This document shows positions 12,361 to 24,678 of a stretch of 64,000 bases of DNA, piece by piece (within the stretch, counting starts at the first letter, position 1; the number at the start of each line of letters is the position of its first letter). A program made the translations under genes and the position numbers. The DNA lies in contig OZ316775.1 in the NCBI GenBank assembly GCA_973851085.1, positions 6,200,001 through 6,264,000 of the forward strand, written 5' to 3'. Source of the DNA: Ptychomitrium polyphyllum. Lineage: Eukaryota. Below the pieces are notes generated by a model. That model ran no database searches. It was not told the DNA's origin and was given only the letters and a program-made list of their open reading frames with translations.

Positions 12361-15300
12361 TCAGCTTCTCCCCTGAGCTATTAGATGTCTCCGCTTCTTA
12401 GCCCTATATCTCCAAGCTGCTTGAATGCGAACAGCCGCCCACAACCTACACGATGTAGAATCATTCCTGCACCCACACGTTCGACGTTGTTTGAGCTGAT
12501 TAAGTTGGAACGCCTTGCACAAGAAACACCTCGCATGCGTCTTCCCATTAACAATTTTCTAGCCGCAGAAACGTTAGGATCATTGAATCAACATGAAATA
12601 CTCTTTACATGCTGGGAGTTGTGGATCATGTGAGTTCATCAATTCTCAGTAGCCTAAGATGTCCAGCTTGTGAGCACCATGATATGTACATGACTTGATC
12701 ACTCTGGAAGAAATCACGAAAAATAACCTGAGGATTCCTCGAACTCGTGGTGTGCGTAGGAGTCGACCATAATGTTTGGTGATATACTCCACGTCGTGTC
12801 CTTCCAGAACAATAGCATCTACATTCTCCTGGCACTCTACTTCTTGACTGGAAATTGCATTTTGACCGATCGACCAGAACGAGCCTGATCTGCTGGGTTT
12901 GATACCTGAACGAAGGCAATTATCTCCTCAGCAATAAATCAAGCATAGCCTCTAATAAACTCCCAATAATTTGTCAATGCTAGCTCGTCCTGGAATAATC
13001 CACAATACAAGGAGCGAGGTCATACCAGATCTAATGTCAGACTTTTGCTCAAGATGCCAGATCATGAGTTCTTCGCCGCAAAACTGACCAGCACCAATTT
13101 CTTGCTGAAAGCCACTCTGACCAACACATGATAAGCTGCCATGCAAAATGAAATACATACGCTTCACGGGACAACCCTTTCGCAGAATCTTGCAGCCCGT
13201 AACGTACACTTTCTGATGGAGTCGCTCAAAAATAGCGGATTGCACTTCTTTTTCCATCTCTTTAAATAAGCGTACCTGCCAATCAAACCCCAGTATAATA
13301 AACAACAAAGTATTGACAAGTTTATTTAATTCTTGATAAGATATTCTTGAATGTATGAATCGCTCCAAGCTATAACACTGATTATCCCATAAACTTCGTT
13401 TTGGAATAACAGCGCCATCGAATGTAATTGTTAATTTTATACTTCTCTTGATACTTCTCAAGGTATTCAACATTTACACGATTTTCAAATGTCGGTCTTC
13501 CGACCAGAGTTATAGAAATGAGATGCAAATAGCTCCGTCACCATTAAAAACAACTATTATATCTACGTGTCTACTCATCACAAAACAACTCTTGTACAAT
13601 TGACGAATATTTTTCACTTGCAACACATCACAGTCAAGCAACTTTAAAACAAACTCATGAATATTAAAGAGCGGGGCAAAAATAAAATCGAACCTCCTTC
13701 AAAAGTTCACCGCAAACATGAGATTTGATCTTTATCTGTAAATCTTCTGTAAAGCCATTTAGTATTTCTTCATCCTCCACGCCATGGGTTGCCACCCACT
13801 TGAAACGTTCAGCTAGGCGCACCTGTCTACAAGCCATAATAATACATCTAAGTCTCGCCTTCCAATCAAGAACAACAAATGCTCAAGAAGTTACCAGCAC
13901 ATAATATTTAAAGTGTTTACGATTAATGGTATGTCCTTTTAGACCTGAAAAAATAGCAACAGGCAGGACAACGCCTGGCAAACAACAATAGAACACACCG
14001 ATAACATCTAAACCTCTAATCCCATGCATGAATGTGCGATTGCTGCAAACTTATGTTGGAAGCCAGACTTAGTTGTGAACTCCAAGCAACACTAACAGCA
14101 TAGTAGTGAAAGAGAAAAGTCGAAGTCTGTCAGAATATTGTGTCTCTTAAATTTTAGAAGATCATCAATGACCTTGTTGAAGAGCAAAATGGTCATTGGA
14201 GTACAGAATATCTTGAGAGGCCAGAACTGCTCCACTAGCAAGAGCAAGGATAGGACAAAACCAAGACAAGGACAAGGATAGAAATAAGAATGACATTCGA
14301 GAAAGATAACAGGTATCATACTTTCTTAATTCAAGTGGCAGTCTCCGTCGTTCCATAAAATTCTCAACATCATAGCGTCGCATTTGCATCTCCTGTCTCC
14401 TGAGAAACCATCCGCACTGGATGCTTAGAACATTTCTTATACCTGCGGCACACGTCTTACAGCAGGTAGACTTAGGACTGCATTGCATTTGCAGCACTTT
14501 AGGCATTAAGTTCTTGAGACCTGCGCTTCAAGTGAGATCACGTACAGTACCATGTAGGACTGCACAAGCTGGAGAAGTTACTAGTTCATAGAAACGTCAA
14601 GCCATATATATGTGTACACAAAAAGAAACACAGCTTATCAAACCCATTTCACATCCTCTTACAAGAATCAAAGCATCAAATATGATATGAACTTGCGCTT
14701 TTGCAGTCATACCTGCGCCCAAGAGCTTGTAGAAAATTTTGCATGCTGCCAATAAGTGATGCAAACATTAGCAAGCCCAGCGCTCCAATTCCCATTGTAA
14801 ATAAGACCTCCCAGTGATACATGCTCGGTGTAAGGTTGCCTGCTAAAGTGCTGATTTGCTGCAAAAGACAAGCTCGTCAAGAGAATCATAATTCTCGACA
14901 TCAGAACATATTTCAAGGCATTCTAAAACTAGATGCCTGTTAGACAGTTTAAGAAAAACCAGAATTCGGTATAGGTCAAGTGTCCTCCCAGTATTACAAT
15001 TGTTAACACTTACATGGATACTGAAGGAACACCTTGACACCTCCAACTTATCACACTTGCATTAAACCGAAGACTGTTACGGGCTCAGTAGTTGTAAGGG
15101 AAAATGATAATTGTGTATGAAAAGGAAGATAAATATGCATGTAACACACATACCAGAAAACCCCAATAAAGGGAATAAATGTATTTGGTAATAAGTAACT
15201 GTCGTTGCGCAACCTGCAAAGTATATTTAAATATGAAACTACTGTAGATTGAAGAAAAACCGAACTAAAGCTAACATTACACAGGGTTTTCTTTCAAGAA

Positions 15301-18300
15301 GAGAAAGGAATAAGTCTAATTAAGGTAAGTTGTTCAATTATTCAACACAAATCTGCGCCACAAGAGAAAGAAATAAAATTCAGGTGTATTATGAGCACCT
15401 GAAAGCCCATCGGTTTGTAAATGCCATATTCAAATGTTGCATCAGCGCTTAGGCACACATTAGTTGCACTAGTATTGATGATCCATGTTTTACGCTCTGC
15501 AGTGAAATCGAGTTTCGCACCGGTTCCACAGTCAAGGAAATCCTTGAGACAGCCCAAAGTCTGGACTTCTAAATAGCAAACGTCTTGAAAGCAATTATTT
15601 ACACGCTGCAGGCATTCAAGCACAATTACGTTCAATTAGTTCAGCGGTTACTTGCAAGTATTTGAATACAAATTGAGCAGTTCGAGTAATCTCTATTCGT
15701 TGGCATGTGAAAGAATAGTACGAAAACTGGAAGGAACTCTCAAAGAATTCTGGATAGTGCAAGTACCTGAACTGAGAACAGATACCAGCAGGAGCCCACC
15801 ACATGGCCTACGAGAACATACAGGAACAAATTGAGGGTGAAATTTGCCCAAGCGGTTTCAAACACAAAACCTGTCGGCGAACGGCCAGCGATGAGGAGGA
15901 AAAACCTAACAAATCTTGGAATATTCTGCAAAAGAATTATTAGTCGGAACATGTCCTTGAAGCTGCCTGCAGCAGTGGCTGATTCAATCTCCAACATTGG
16001 AATCACTAGCATTACCATGATCTGCAGAAGCAGGACTATTTTCATTAGATGCATGTAAAACAATACAGCATATTGGAAGAATGAAAAGCAGCTCTAGAAT
16101 ACATCATGTTCTGGAACACTTACATAGGAGAGAAAAATTCCTGATTTGTATTTTAATACTTGTCTGTATTGTCAGAGACTTGTAAGTATTCACAACCCAT
16201 CAAACTCATTTGTGTGGATAGTCTGGCGCTCTAATTGTACATAAAATTCTGTCCTCGAACGATTCTAGAACGTACTTTCCACTTCTATAGAAAGAGCATC
16301 ACCTGAGGCAAGGGCAAACATGCGATAACATCGAACAGAAACCACCCCTTCAGATATCGAGCCTTACAGAGTTTAGGATCGTCCACAAGTTTCCCAGACT
16401 CATCTTTGTATGCTACCCTGAACTGCAAACAAAAGGACCAACAGCAAATCCTACCGTATTAGAAATGATCTCCGAAACACGTACAACAAACGTACAGATC
16501 AAGAAAACTTCACTTGCATGTGGTATCTACAGTTAAATTAAAGTTTAGACCAATTTCATTTTCAATAAAAATCTTCAACGAGCAATTTACAGAAACCAGT
16601 GCCGACCTCTTTGTGATACTACCTGCACGAGTAAGATTTCGTATTTGTGGGGTGCGCTATTCTAGACTGGACAAAGTACATATGAGTGCACAAAAGGGGT
16701 ATTAATTTGAACATTATTGTACAAAGTATATTCACAAGCTCATATTTAGAGTTGAAAATAAGGTCGTATACATACATTAAGCATATACATGCAACCAAAA
16801 AACAGTGTACAGCAGCTTCTAAACATATATGACTCCGTACATGAGGGTAATGAACATAATAAGAGTACACCCTTGGGTTTTCATTTAATTCTAATTGTAT
16901 GAAAAAGAGAAAAATGAGCAGAAGAAAATTAGTTGGTGAGGTCCTCCAAGCATCGGAAAAGCTCGGTCTATAATTTACGATCTATAGAATTCATGAAACT
17001 CACCTGAAGAAGAATATGTATAAAATAGATGAAGTCAACTAGACTCCTCATTGCCGTAAGAACTGAAGCTGCTTTGTAATCTAGTACAATACATTTATAC
17101 CTCTGCACAGATAAGATCCAAGGCACAAGCTCAGTGACAGAAATCTCTGTGCCTATTCACAACTCCGATTAGCGCCAGTATGAATATCAAAACGGACCAA
17201 TCCGCAAGAAATGCTGCCGAGTCTGAGAAAATACTGGATATTTTACAATAAATATATCTCAATCCCCTATTTAATGTAGTAAAAGTTCTTGACAATATAT
17301 AAACCTCAATCTCTAATCAAATAAAACTCAATAGGTTTCAAGTTCTATCGTAAAATACTTGCTAAAACATCAGCAACTTGCATGCAGTCGAGGCAAAAGA
17401 AACTCAAGCTTGAAAGCATATGATCTCTTACACGATCAAGCCTCAGACATGCTCGCGTAGGATCAGAGCTTTTTCCAAAGCGAAGCAGGATATACATACC
17501 TTGTCTGGAGAAGGATAAACATACCTCGTCTACCGAGAGCAGGAAAAAGAATAGAGGGTCTAAGAAAATTCCCAGCAAACGCGAGACGACAAAAATTTTG
17601 TTCCATATCTGAACTACTTTGGAATGGGGGTTCAATACTCCTAGCTTTGACCATGATGGCCGCTGGAAGCAACAAAACCACCCACCCGTCTCGTCGTCCT
17701 GTAATGATCATGATTGGAGACAATAAAAAAGGGCACTCAGAAGGACCTAGCAGCTGAAGAAACAGAAGAATAAATCGTAAGCAAGAAAATGGTACGCGTA
17801 ATGTTTTGCCCAATCCTTCACAAACCACCTTGTAACCGCTGCGCTCACCCGAAATGGTAATGCCTGTTTCTACTGCTACAGGTGCAAAATCTACTACTAA
17901 TGTTTTCCAGAAAACTGAGGGGAGAGTTTGCAGAAATGAGATGACACCATTAATTTTCCTCTAGTCAGCTTCATAGAATAAGGAATCCTGTGTAGAAAAC
18001 ATTGGAAATCAGTAAGGCGTTCCAATCTAATAAGATTTCATTCTGCTATCATTCTTTATCTTGGATTACGAGATGCACCTGGGCATGCTTCGACAAATTT
18101 CGGTGAAGATCTGCTTTGACTCCAACATTAGTATACGGGCAGGTGGTACAATAGGGGTCATTGCACATGCCCAGAGGCCCTGATCTGAGTAGATTCTGAT
18201 ATTCATGCTTTCCTCCCCTTCCGGCCTCACGATGCCCATCTCCGTCTGCCGGCAACCAATTGACAACAGTACCCTCACTAGCAACTGGCTGCAGCTCAAT

Positions 18301-18399
18301 ATCTGACGCATTCTGATCATCCGCATTCTGATACTCCGAGTGGTCATCGTAGCTCAAGAGCATAGGAACCTTGTCAAATTTTCCTGACCCTTTCGCCAT
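12361..18399 (-). CDS. CNGC: Cyclic nucleotide-gated ion channel, group IV-A (CNGC19/20-like), 708 aa, 13 exons
   Basis: Exons 18399-18079, 17698-17525, 17102-17004, 16422-16303, 16021-15767, 15605-15399, 15213-15154, 14858-14713, 14399-14322, 13826-13694, 13275-13026, 12905-12728, 12466-12361. All are GT-AG and phase-consistent (2127 nt). Motifs: N-terminal LLRSGPLGMCNDPYCTTCP, LDPLFFFL, GFVFETAWANF, pore YSLYWGFLQISTLAGNL, CNBD MYFILHG...GQFCGEEL, IQ motif IQAAWRY. Confidence 0.95.
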
Positions 18400-20696
18400 G
18401 AGCTCATGTTCTGTTTACCATGTTCAATTCTATCCTGCAACCATGAATTTCTGAGGTGAACACAACAAAGCAATTGAAAATGCTTGCACCTGACTCTAAG
18501 ATATAGTAACTATTCTCTTCAGCAAATCCAGAAGCAAAATGCCAGCCCTCAAGTGAATCCTGACTATTCATTGTCAACGCCTACGAAGCTGGAGAAAAGG
18601 GCCAGTTACACCACCCTACTTTAGCTCATTGCTGAATCAGAGAAATTTCGCAGCTATGAGAGGAGACAGAACCCCAAACCTAGAAATGACAAGTAAACTC
18701 ACGAGTGTCACCCACTCTCAAGGTCGAACCTTGTATGCATACCACGAGCACACCATGGCCACTTAATATCCTTAAATTTAAGTCAAACGATAGAACAAGG
18801 TCCAAGTGAACTCACCTTCGGAAAGCAGCTGCAATCTCACCTTTCTCACAGATACGAGAGAACCTACATGAAGACGATGTTCTACCCTATTACATCCAAA
18901 CCTTTCTCGACCATAACGACAAGCACGAGTTCCACCACCGGAAATCCAATCCCAACTCCGCAATCTTCCAATTTCGCAAATGCGCACGGGCAGAAAACCC
19001 AAGACGGAGAACTCAGCCCGGCAAGCACAAATCAAGAGCGTTCTCCTTCTAATCTCGCTACAACTGCCCCTTGGACTCCCGCCGCAAAACCTAACACCAT
19101 ATCTAATAGAACAATTTCTTCCTCCTAAATCCACACAACCAACCGGACAATTGCTGAAAAGCAACAGCATCATGCGTCCCAAAACGACATCACCAAACCT
19201 GCATCATATCCTCTCCTTGTGGTCTGACCACCAGCTCCCAATATCGATCACCCACTCCTTGGACAGCATCTTCAGAACTAGCCTCATACTAGATTAATTT
19301 TTACCGATGTAAGAAGAATTTCCACCCAAGAGGAATATGAGTCGAATGTGAAGAAGAAATATGAAGAAACTATAGCGCACGGGAGTATCATGTCATCATA
19401 TGTGAGCTTGTATGTGGCCCAAAAAACGAAGCAAAAGGTGAAGAACAAGTGCTGCACGTAGCGTTGAAAAAATGACCATGGCTAGTAGAGTCGAGGAACT
19501 TGTGATCAAGTGGTGTGAATATGATACTCTCAAATATAACAAACCTGGACACATTTGAGAACTGGCCGGAGATAAGTGATATCAACGTCAACTGTTCTGC
19601 CTGTACTAATATCAAACTATTTTAAATACCGAATTGGAGATTCATGACTCGCACAACAAAAATCCATGAACTGCATGCGACCCCTGCTACCGAATCCAGC
19701 AGGCGCCCGTTGCCTCCTGCGTCCGTTCTGCAGCAGTTAGTGAGCCACTGTAGTGCTTGTCAAGTCGGACCTGCCAACCTGTCTGGCTCCATGAAATTGA
19801 AGTTGCTTGCGCGGAAGCACACACAAAAGCTATCAACTCTGCGCATAACCGTCGACAATATCTAAGTGCTTTACAGATTTCAGAGACTCAAAATGTACGC
19901 AAAGGGGAGAGAATGATAGTTTTGGGTGCAGCGACGCTTTTTTGGATACAGCTCTTTCAACCTTCGTGTGTGCTCACTGGTTTGCTTGGTGGGTTGTTTG
20001 TATGAACGAAGCGCTAGAACACTAATCGATTGGAGTAGTGTTCGGCTTTTCTTGTGTTAGGGTGTCCAGCTGTGACTTGGATTGCGCTGTTAACTTGAGA
20101 ACCGAATGAGTGTATACGTCTGTTGAAAGTTTAAAGGTGGCAATGGGAATCTATTATGAAAATGTGGCGAAGGAAGTGCATAAAGAACATAGTACATCGC
20201 ACAGTTTGTTCTCTAAGGAATAAATATAGTAGACATTTATTACAAGAATTTTTGGAAGATCCACAATTCATAGCATGTGTTATATTGAGTTTGGATTTGA
20301 TTTAAACCTCCTGTATCAATACCTACAAGGTGCACTTAATCTGTTTGCATACATTAAAGCACATATTAACCTGCATTAACTGAAGTACCACACCTAATTG
20401 TCCTATCAAACTAAAATTGACAACTGACTACGGCTGTAGAAACATTTTGTTCCGTGTGAATATCATATGTAACTGAGCCAGAGATTCGAGTCATATTCTC
20501 TTATGCTCTTTGAATGCACGGAAGAGAATGTTACTAATTCTTTACATTCCCGTATCAGAAAATGCATTTCATCTGGACATGTTATGATCTTCACAATCGC
20601 TCCACATGCAACAGTTGCTCCAGCTTGTCCCTCAATTGCAAAGGAGCCATAACAGAGAGGACATGAGTCTCTGCTTTATCTGCTGCCGAGCTTTCG

Positions 20697-20927
20697 CTAG
20701 AAGGGTATGCAATTGGAGATGCTTGGTCTGACCACCATGGCAGGATGCGACATGATCCGCTCGCCACTCTTGTGGTTGCAGCACCACACTGCCGCTCCTA
20801 CTGGCCATTCAATCACAGCTGCCACCACGAAGCCGATGAACCCTAAAGTAGGTCCAATGATCTTGCATCGGCATGGGTTGTCGGTGTTGCCACACTCGAT
20901 ACAGAGGGGGATAGGAATACAAGCCAT
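20697..20927 (-). CDS. Small Cys-rich, single-hydrophobic-segment protein of a conserved uncharacterised plant family (76 aa)
   Basis: MACIPIPLCIECGNTDNPCRCKIIGPTLGFIGFVVAAVIEWPVGAAVWCCNHKSGERIMSHPAMVVRPSISNCIPF. The pattern CxxCG..NPCRCK..GPTLGF...EWPVGA...RIM.HPA is recognisable from small land-plant proteins. The ATG is at 20927 (the track used an upstream GTG), with a 5' UTR acceptor TTTCAG near 20995. Confidence 0.85.
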   Translation of the reverse strand: MACIPIPLCIECGNTDNPCRCKIIGPTLGFIGFVVAAVIEWPVGAAVWCCNHKSGERIMSHPAMVVRPSISNCIPF

Positions 20928-21501
20928 CGTCACTCCACAATGCTATGGAACAAGGGATAAGGTGCACTGGAAACCGAAAAATGAGTGAAGAACCTGAAAT
21001 CAAGGACCAGAAATCATCAAGAAACGGCAAACCGATACCCGGCCATGGTTTAAAACATGCTTCACTCAATCGCGATGCACTCAATGGGGCCATGAATGCT
21101 TAAAAGGTTGAAGCCCAGAAAAAATATAAGCTAGATGAAACGAAGCTAGATGCCCAAACACAGCACAAACTGAAAAAATTGTCTATGAACCGAGACAAAG
21201 TGCAGCAAACCCTCACTCAAGAAAACCCCAAGAAATCATTCATCACAAGTTTCTTACTACAACAACAAAATCCAGCGAAAGAAAACCTTGCTGAAGCTGT
21301 CTTCAACATGGAAATACAGACCAATACCATCAACAGGAAACTTAACTTCGTGCATGGAACTCCAGAACCCACAAAGGATAACACCATGCAAGAAGCTAAC
21401 CCAATGCAGCCGCAACATGACCTGGAGATGAAACCCACCTCGCGAGCGATAAGTTGAATCAGAACTCCAAACCACAGTACGCCGGATCACGAGCCGCTTG
21501 A

Positions 21502-21504
<3 letters not shown>

Positions 21505-21541
<37 letters not shown>

Positions 21542-21564
21542 TGTGTGTGTGTGTGTGTGTGTGT
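21505..21564. repeat. Compound microsatellite (GA)17(GT)13
   Basis: Read directly. On the minus strand it is (AC)13(TC)17, at the likely TSS/5' UTR of the 76-aa gene. Confidence 0.97.
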
Positions 21565-21661
21565 CAAAGGAGGTGTTGCCAAGGACTCGTGCTTGTTGGG
21601 TAGTGAGCGAGGCATATTCAAATGCACAAGTGCCCAAAACTGGCTGTCCCTACGCATGGTT

Positions 21662-21822
21662 CACACGTTGCCACTCCAAACTCTGCAACCTACGTCGAAC
21701 GTACCCACGGTTCTTCTTTTGGCTGGAAAGTAAGCTCTATAATGATGCAAAGCGGGACAAGCGCCGACCATTCCAAGTGCTGTCCACTTGTGACGTCGTC
21801 GGTAGTTGAGGTGACACGTGGC
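21662..21822 (-). promoter_or_regulatory. ABRE/G-box plus DRE/CRT element cluster upstream of the 76-aa gene
   Basis: GACACGTGGC (21813-21822, canonical ABRE), GCCGAC (21763-21768), ACCGAC on minus (21798-21803), TGACGTCG (21791), CACACGTT (21662) and further ACGT cores, all within 160 bp. Confidence 0.65.
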
Positions 21823-22529
21823 AAACACTCATTCGTAATCGACAAACACTCGAGCCATACTGCTGTCCTTCACGGTATGTACACAGAGGGGTATGTGGAA
21901 ATATGGAGATTTTTCCCAGATGTTTCCAGACGACCCACTGACAACATTCTGATCTGGACATGGTCACTTGCCTTGTATGCATAGTCGATGTTGAGAGCTC
22001 CTGGCTTGGCTTGGGGCTTCCCTGCTGCGGTCCTGCTCGCTCTCCACACAGGAGCTCTTTTTCTAGCTGGAGAGGGCTTGGGCACTTCAAGAGAATGTGG
22101 TTGCATTGTTCAAGTACAATCATACTGTAGCTCCCACTTTTACTCCTTCCAGTATACATTCTTGTGTGCTTCAAGCTTTCCAGTTCTTCTGTTGTCCCAC
22201 TAAACAATATTGATGATGAGACGTGTGTGCAAGGCATGGATTTTTTCCATTGATTGAACTGGAGAGTATGAAGATATGCTTGTGAACTATTTGGTGAACC
22301 ATGTATTGGCTTTTCTTGTAGATACTGTTGGAGAGTATTCAGAGGATCCGAGGTTTTGAATTTGGTAGCAACGGGAGCCTTAATCAGGATGTCTACAAGC
22401 TACTTGTTTATTTATTTTTGACCACATTGAGGTGTATCTCGAAATGCTTTGTTTTTGAATGTTGGAGGAAGATTTGGATATGTTTATGTTGTTCTAATTG
22501 TTGCAACACATTGAGACACGTCCTTTGTT

Positions 22530-24480
22530 AATAGAACATAATTTTAAGTATGGGATTTTTATCCAAATTGTTTCTTAGCTTACTTCTATTAATGCTTTAT
22601 ACTTCTAATTTGTAGAAATTAGAAGTACATTTGTTTTCTTTTTTGTGCTCAAAATCATCAAAGTTTATAATAAAATTGAATATAGCTCTAGGCTTGTATT
22701 CATTCAAATTACCTTCATTCAATACTCCCCTTCCTTCCACACCCAAAATTAAAAGCATTGTTGTTAATGAGTTTTATTTTGATTATTCTTGGATAAAATA
22801 AACCTACACTTAAGATTCCTTTGATGTAGCAAATAATGTGGTTTATTGGTAAATTGATGAGGATTGGACATCAACCAAGAAACATGGTTGAAAGCATGAG
22901 CAATGTCAAATTTAGTATTATAAGAGAGATGAATTTGCCTATCATCTTTTGATAATATTGTTTAATCATCAAGTATTTATTTATGTATTCTTTTCAAATC
23001 TAAGGCCATTAAAAAGAAGAGTTTTGTTGGAATTGCAATGTATTAAGCCATATTCATCAACAATGTTATGGCATAGTCAATGTAATGTAAACTTAAGCCT
23101 TAGGAACTAAGAAATTTCATTTCATACTACTTAGATAGTTCTTTACAATACTTAATGAGCATTTTTGTGCAATTCTTAGAAAAAATTATGTTGTTTATTT
23201 AAAATATTAGTATTGTAATGCTTCTATTATTTTAATTGTAATATAGGTTTCCATCTAAAGATGATATTTTGAGCAAGTGTTCATACAAAAACCAATTGAT
23301 TTTCTAATACCAAACTCAAAGGCTTATTTAAGGGGCATAAAGACCACAATTTAATTTTCAAACTAAATATTTATAATCAAAAGCTTTGTATTTCCTTTGT
23401 TTGCTGCATTTACAAAATTTCTTCAAGATAGCCCTTTAAAAAAGTAAATTTTAATGTCAAAGTAATGACCCACCCATCCATTGATTTTTGCAAAGACCTA
23501 TATAAAATCAATTATATTGAATTTTACTTTCTAAAATGGAAGATATTATTCTAAATTAGCAAAAAAGCATTTCTAGCAATTTTGATGGTTTTCTGAAGCA
23601 AGTAGATTTCCTCATAAATAATTTAATTCTTTGTCTTTTAAGCCTTTAATGGTGGAGAGAGTTCAGGCTATGACTTGCTAATATGAAGGATTGAAGATGT
23701 AGTAGTATTTATCATTAAGGATGAAGATGATGTGAGATTAATAAATAAAAAAACTAATGGAATCTCTTAGAATTTTGTTGAAGATGATGGTAAATTGAGA
23801 AATGAATTTTATTAATTTTTAAATTGTAATCATAGCACTTATTACATAAAAAGGTCAAATTTGTTCCATAGGTTAATCAAGTATTAACTTATATGTAGAA
23901 TATGATGACTTAAAACTAATCTATTAGATATATTACACCATGATTAATTTTTAGAGGTGTTGTTCTTGTGTCATTAGTATTGCTTCTAATGAACAAAGTA
24001 GATGTCACTCAAATGACATGCAGTTCAATGATGCTTTCTTCATCAAAAAACAAACTGTTGGTTCAAGCAAGTTTTTTAAAAGAGGTTGAATGTTGGTGCC
24101 TCTAATGCAAGAGTAGTATGAAAGATGTTCAGAGAAAAAAAACTTGCAAATGGCAATTTGTTTGACAATGGTATCATAATCAAATACATATACAATTTAA
24201 AGAGCCAGTTCTTATTTTGGCTTTCAAGTGCTAAGAAATTTTTAAATTTTTTTTTATTGTCTCTCTTATGATGAGAATAAATGAATAAAGTGTTGAAATT
24301 GATTGTAACATTTTATCACCTATCTAATATTAAGAATTCACCAACTCATTCAATGTATTGTTGATTCATCAATATTTCTCATTCTTTAAAGTGCTAATTA
24401 ACTTTGGTTGTTGAGGCACACTTACAACATTCCTTGGAGCTAAAAATTGGATAGGAGCTACTGTTGCCCTACAAATACTA
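22530..24480. other. AT-rich, CpG-depleted intergenic block, probable decayed transposon DNA
   Basis: Abrupt compositional shift, almost no CG dinucleotides and no ORFs over 60 aa. Confidence 0.4.
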
Positions 24481-24562
24481 TAGTAGACATACATTATAGT
24501 AGTCATACATTATATAGTGAGGCGGAGGTAGAAGCTGGAAGGGCAGGAAGGGCCCTCAAATT

Positions 24563-24674
24563 CTAAAACCATATAACCCTATAACCGTAAAGCCCTAAAA
24601 CCGAAGAATTCTAAAATTGTAAAGCCCTAAAACCGTAAAACCCTAAGAATGTAAAACTGTAAAACCCTAAACCC
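24563..24674 (+). repeat. Degenerate telomere-like tandem array, 14 x 8 bp ([C/G]TAAAACC), containing telo-boxes
   Basis: Units: ctaaaacc atataacc ctataacc gtaaagcc ctaaaacc gaagaatt ctaaaatt gtaaagcc ctaaaacc gtaaaacc ctaagaat gtaaaact gtaaaacc ctaaaccc. AAACCCTA occurs at 24638 and 24662, and a site-II-like GGGCCC at 24550. Confidence 0.85.
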
Positions 24675-24678
24675 TGGC

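Noticed and set aside
21994..22058. 10-bp inverted repeat AGAGCTCCTG...CAGGAGCTCT as a miRNA precursor
   Set aside because: The stem is too short, the loop pairs poorly and it matches no conserved miRNA I know.
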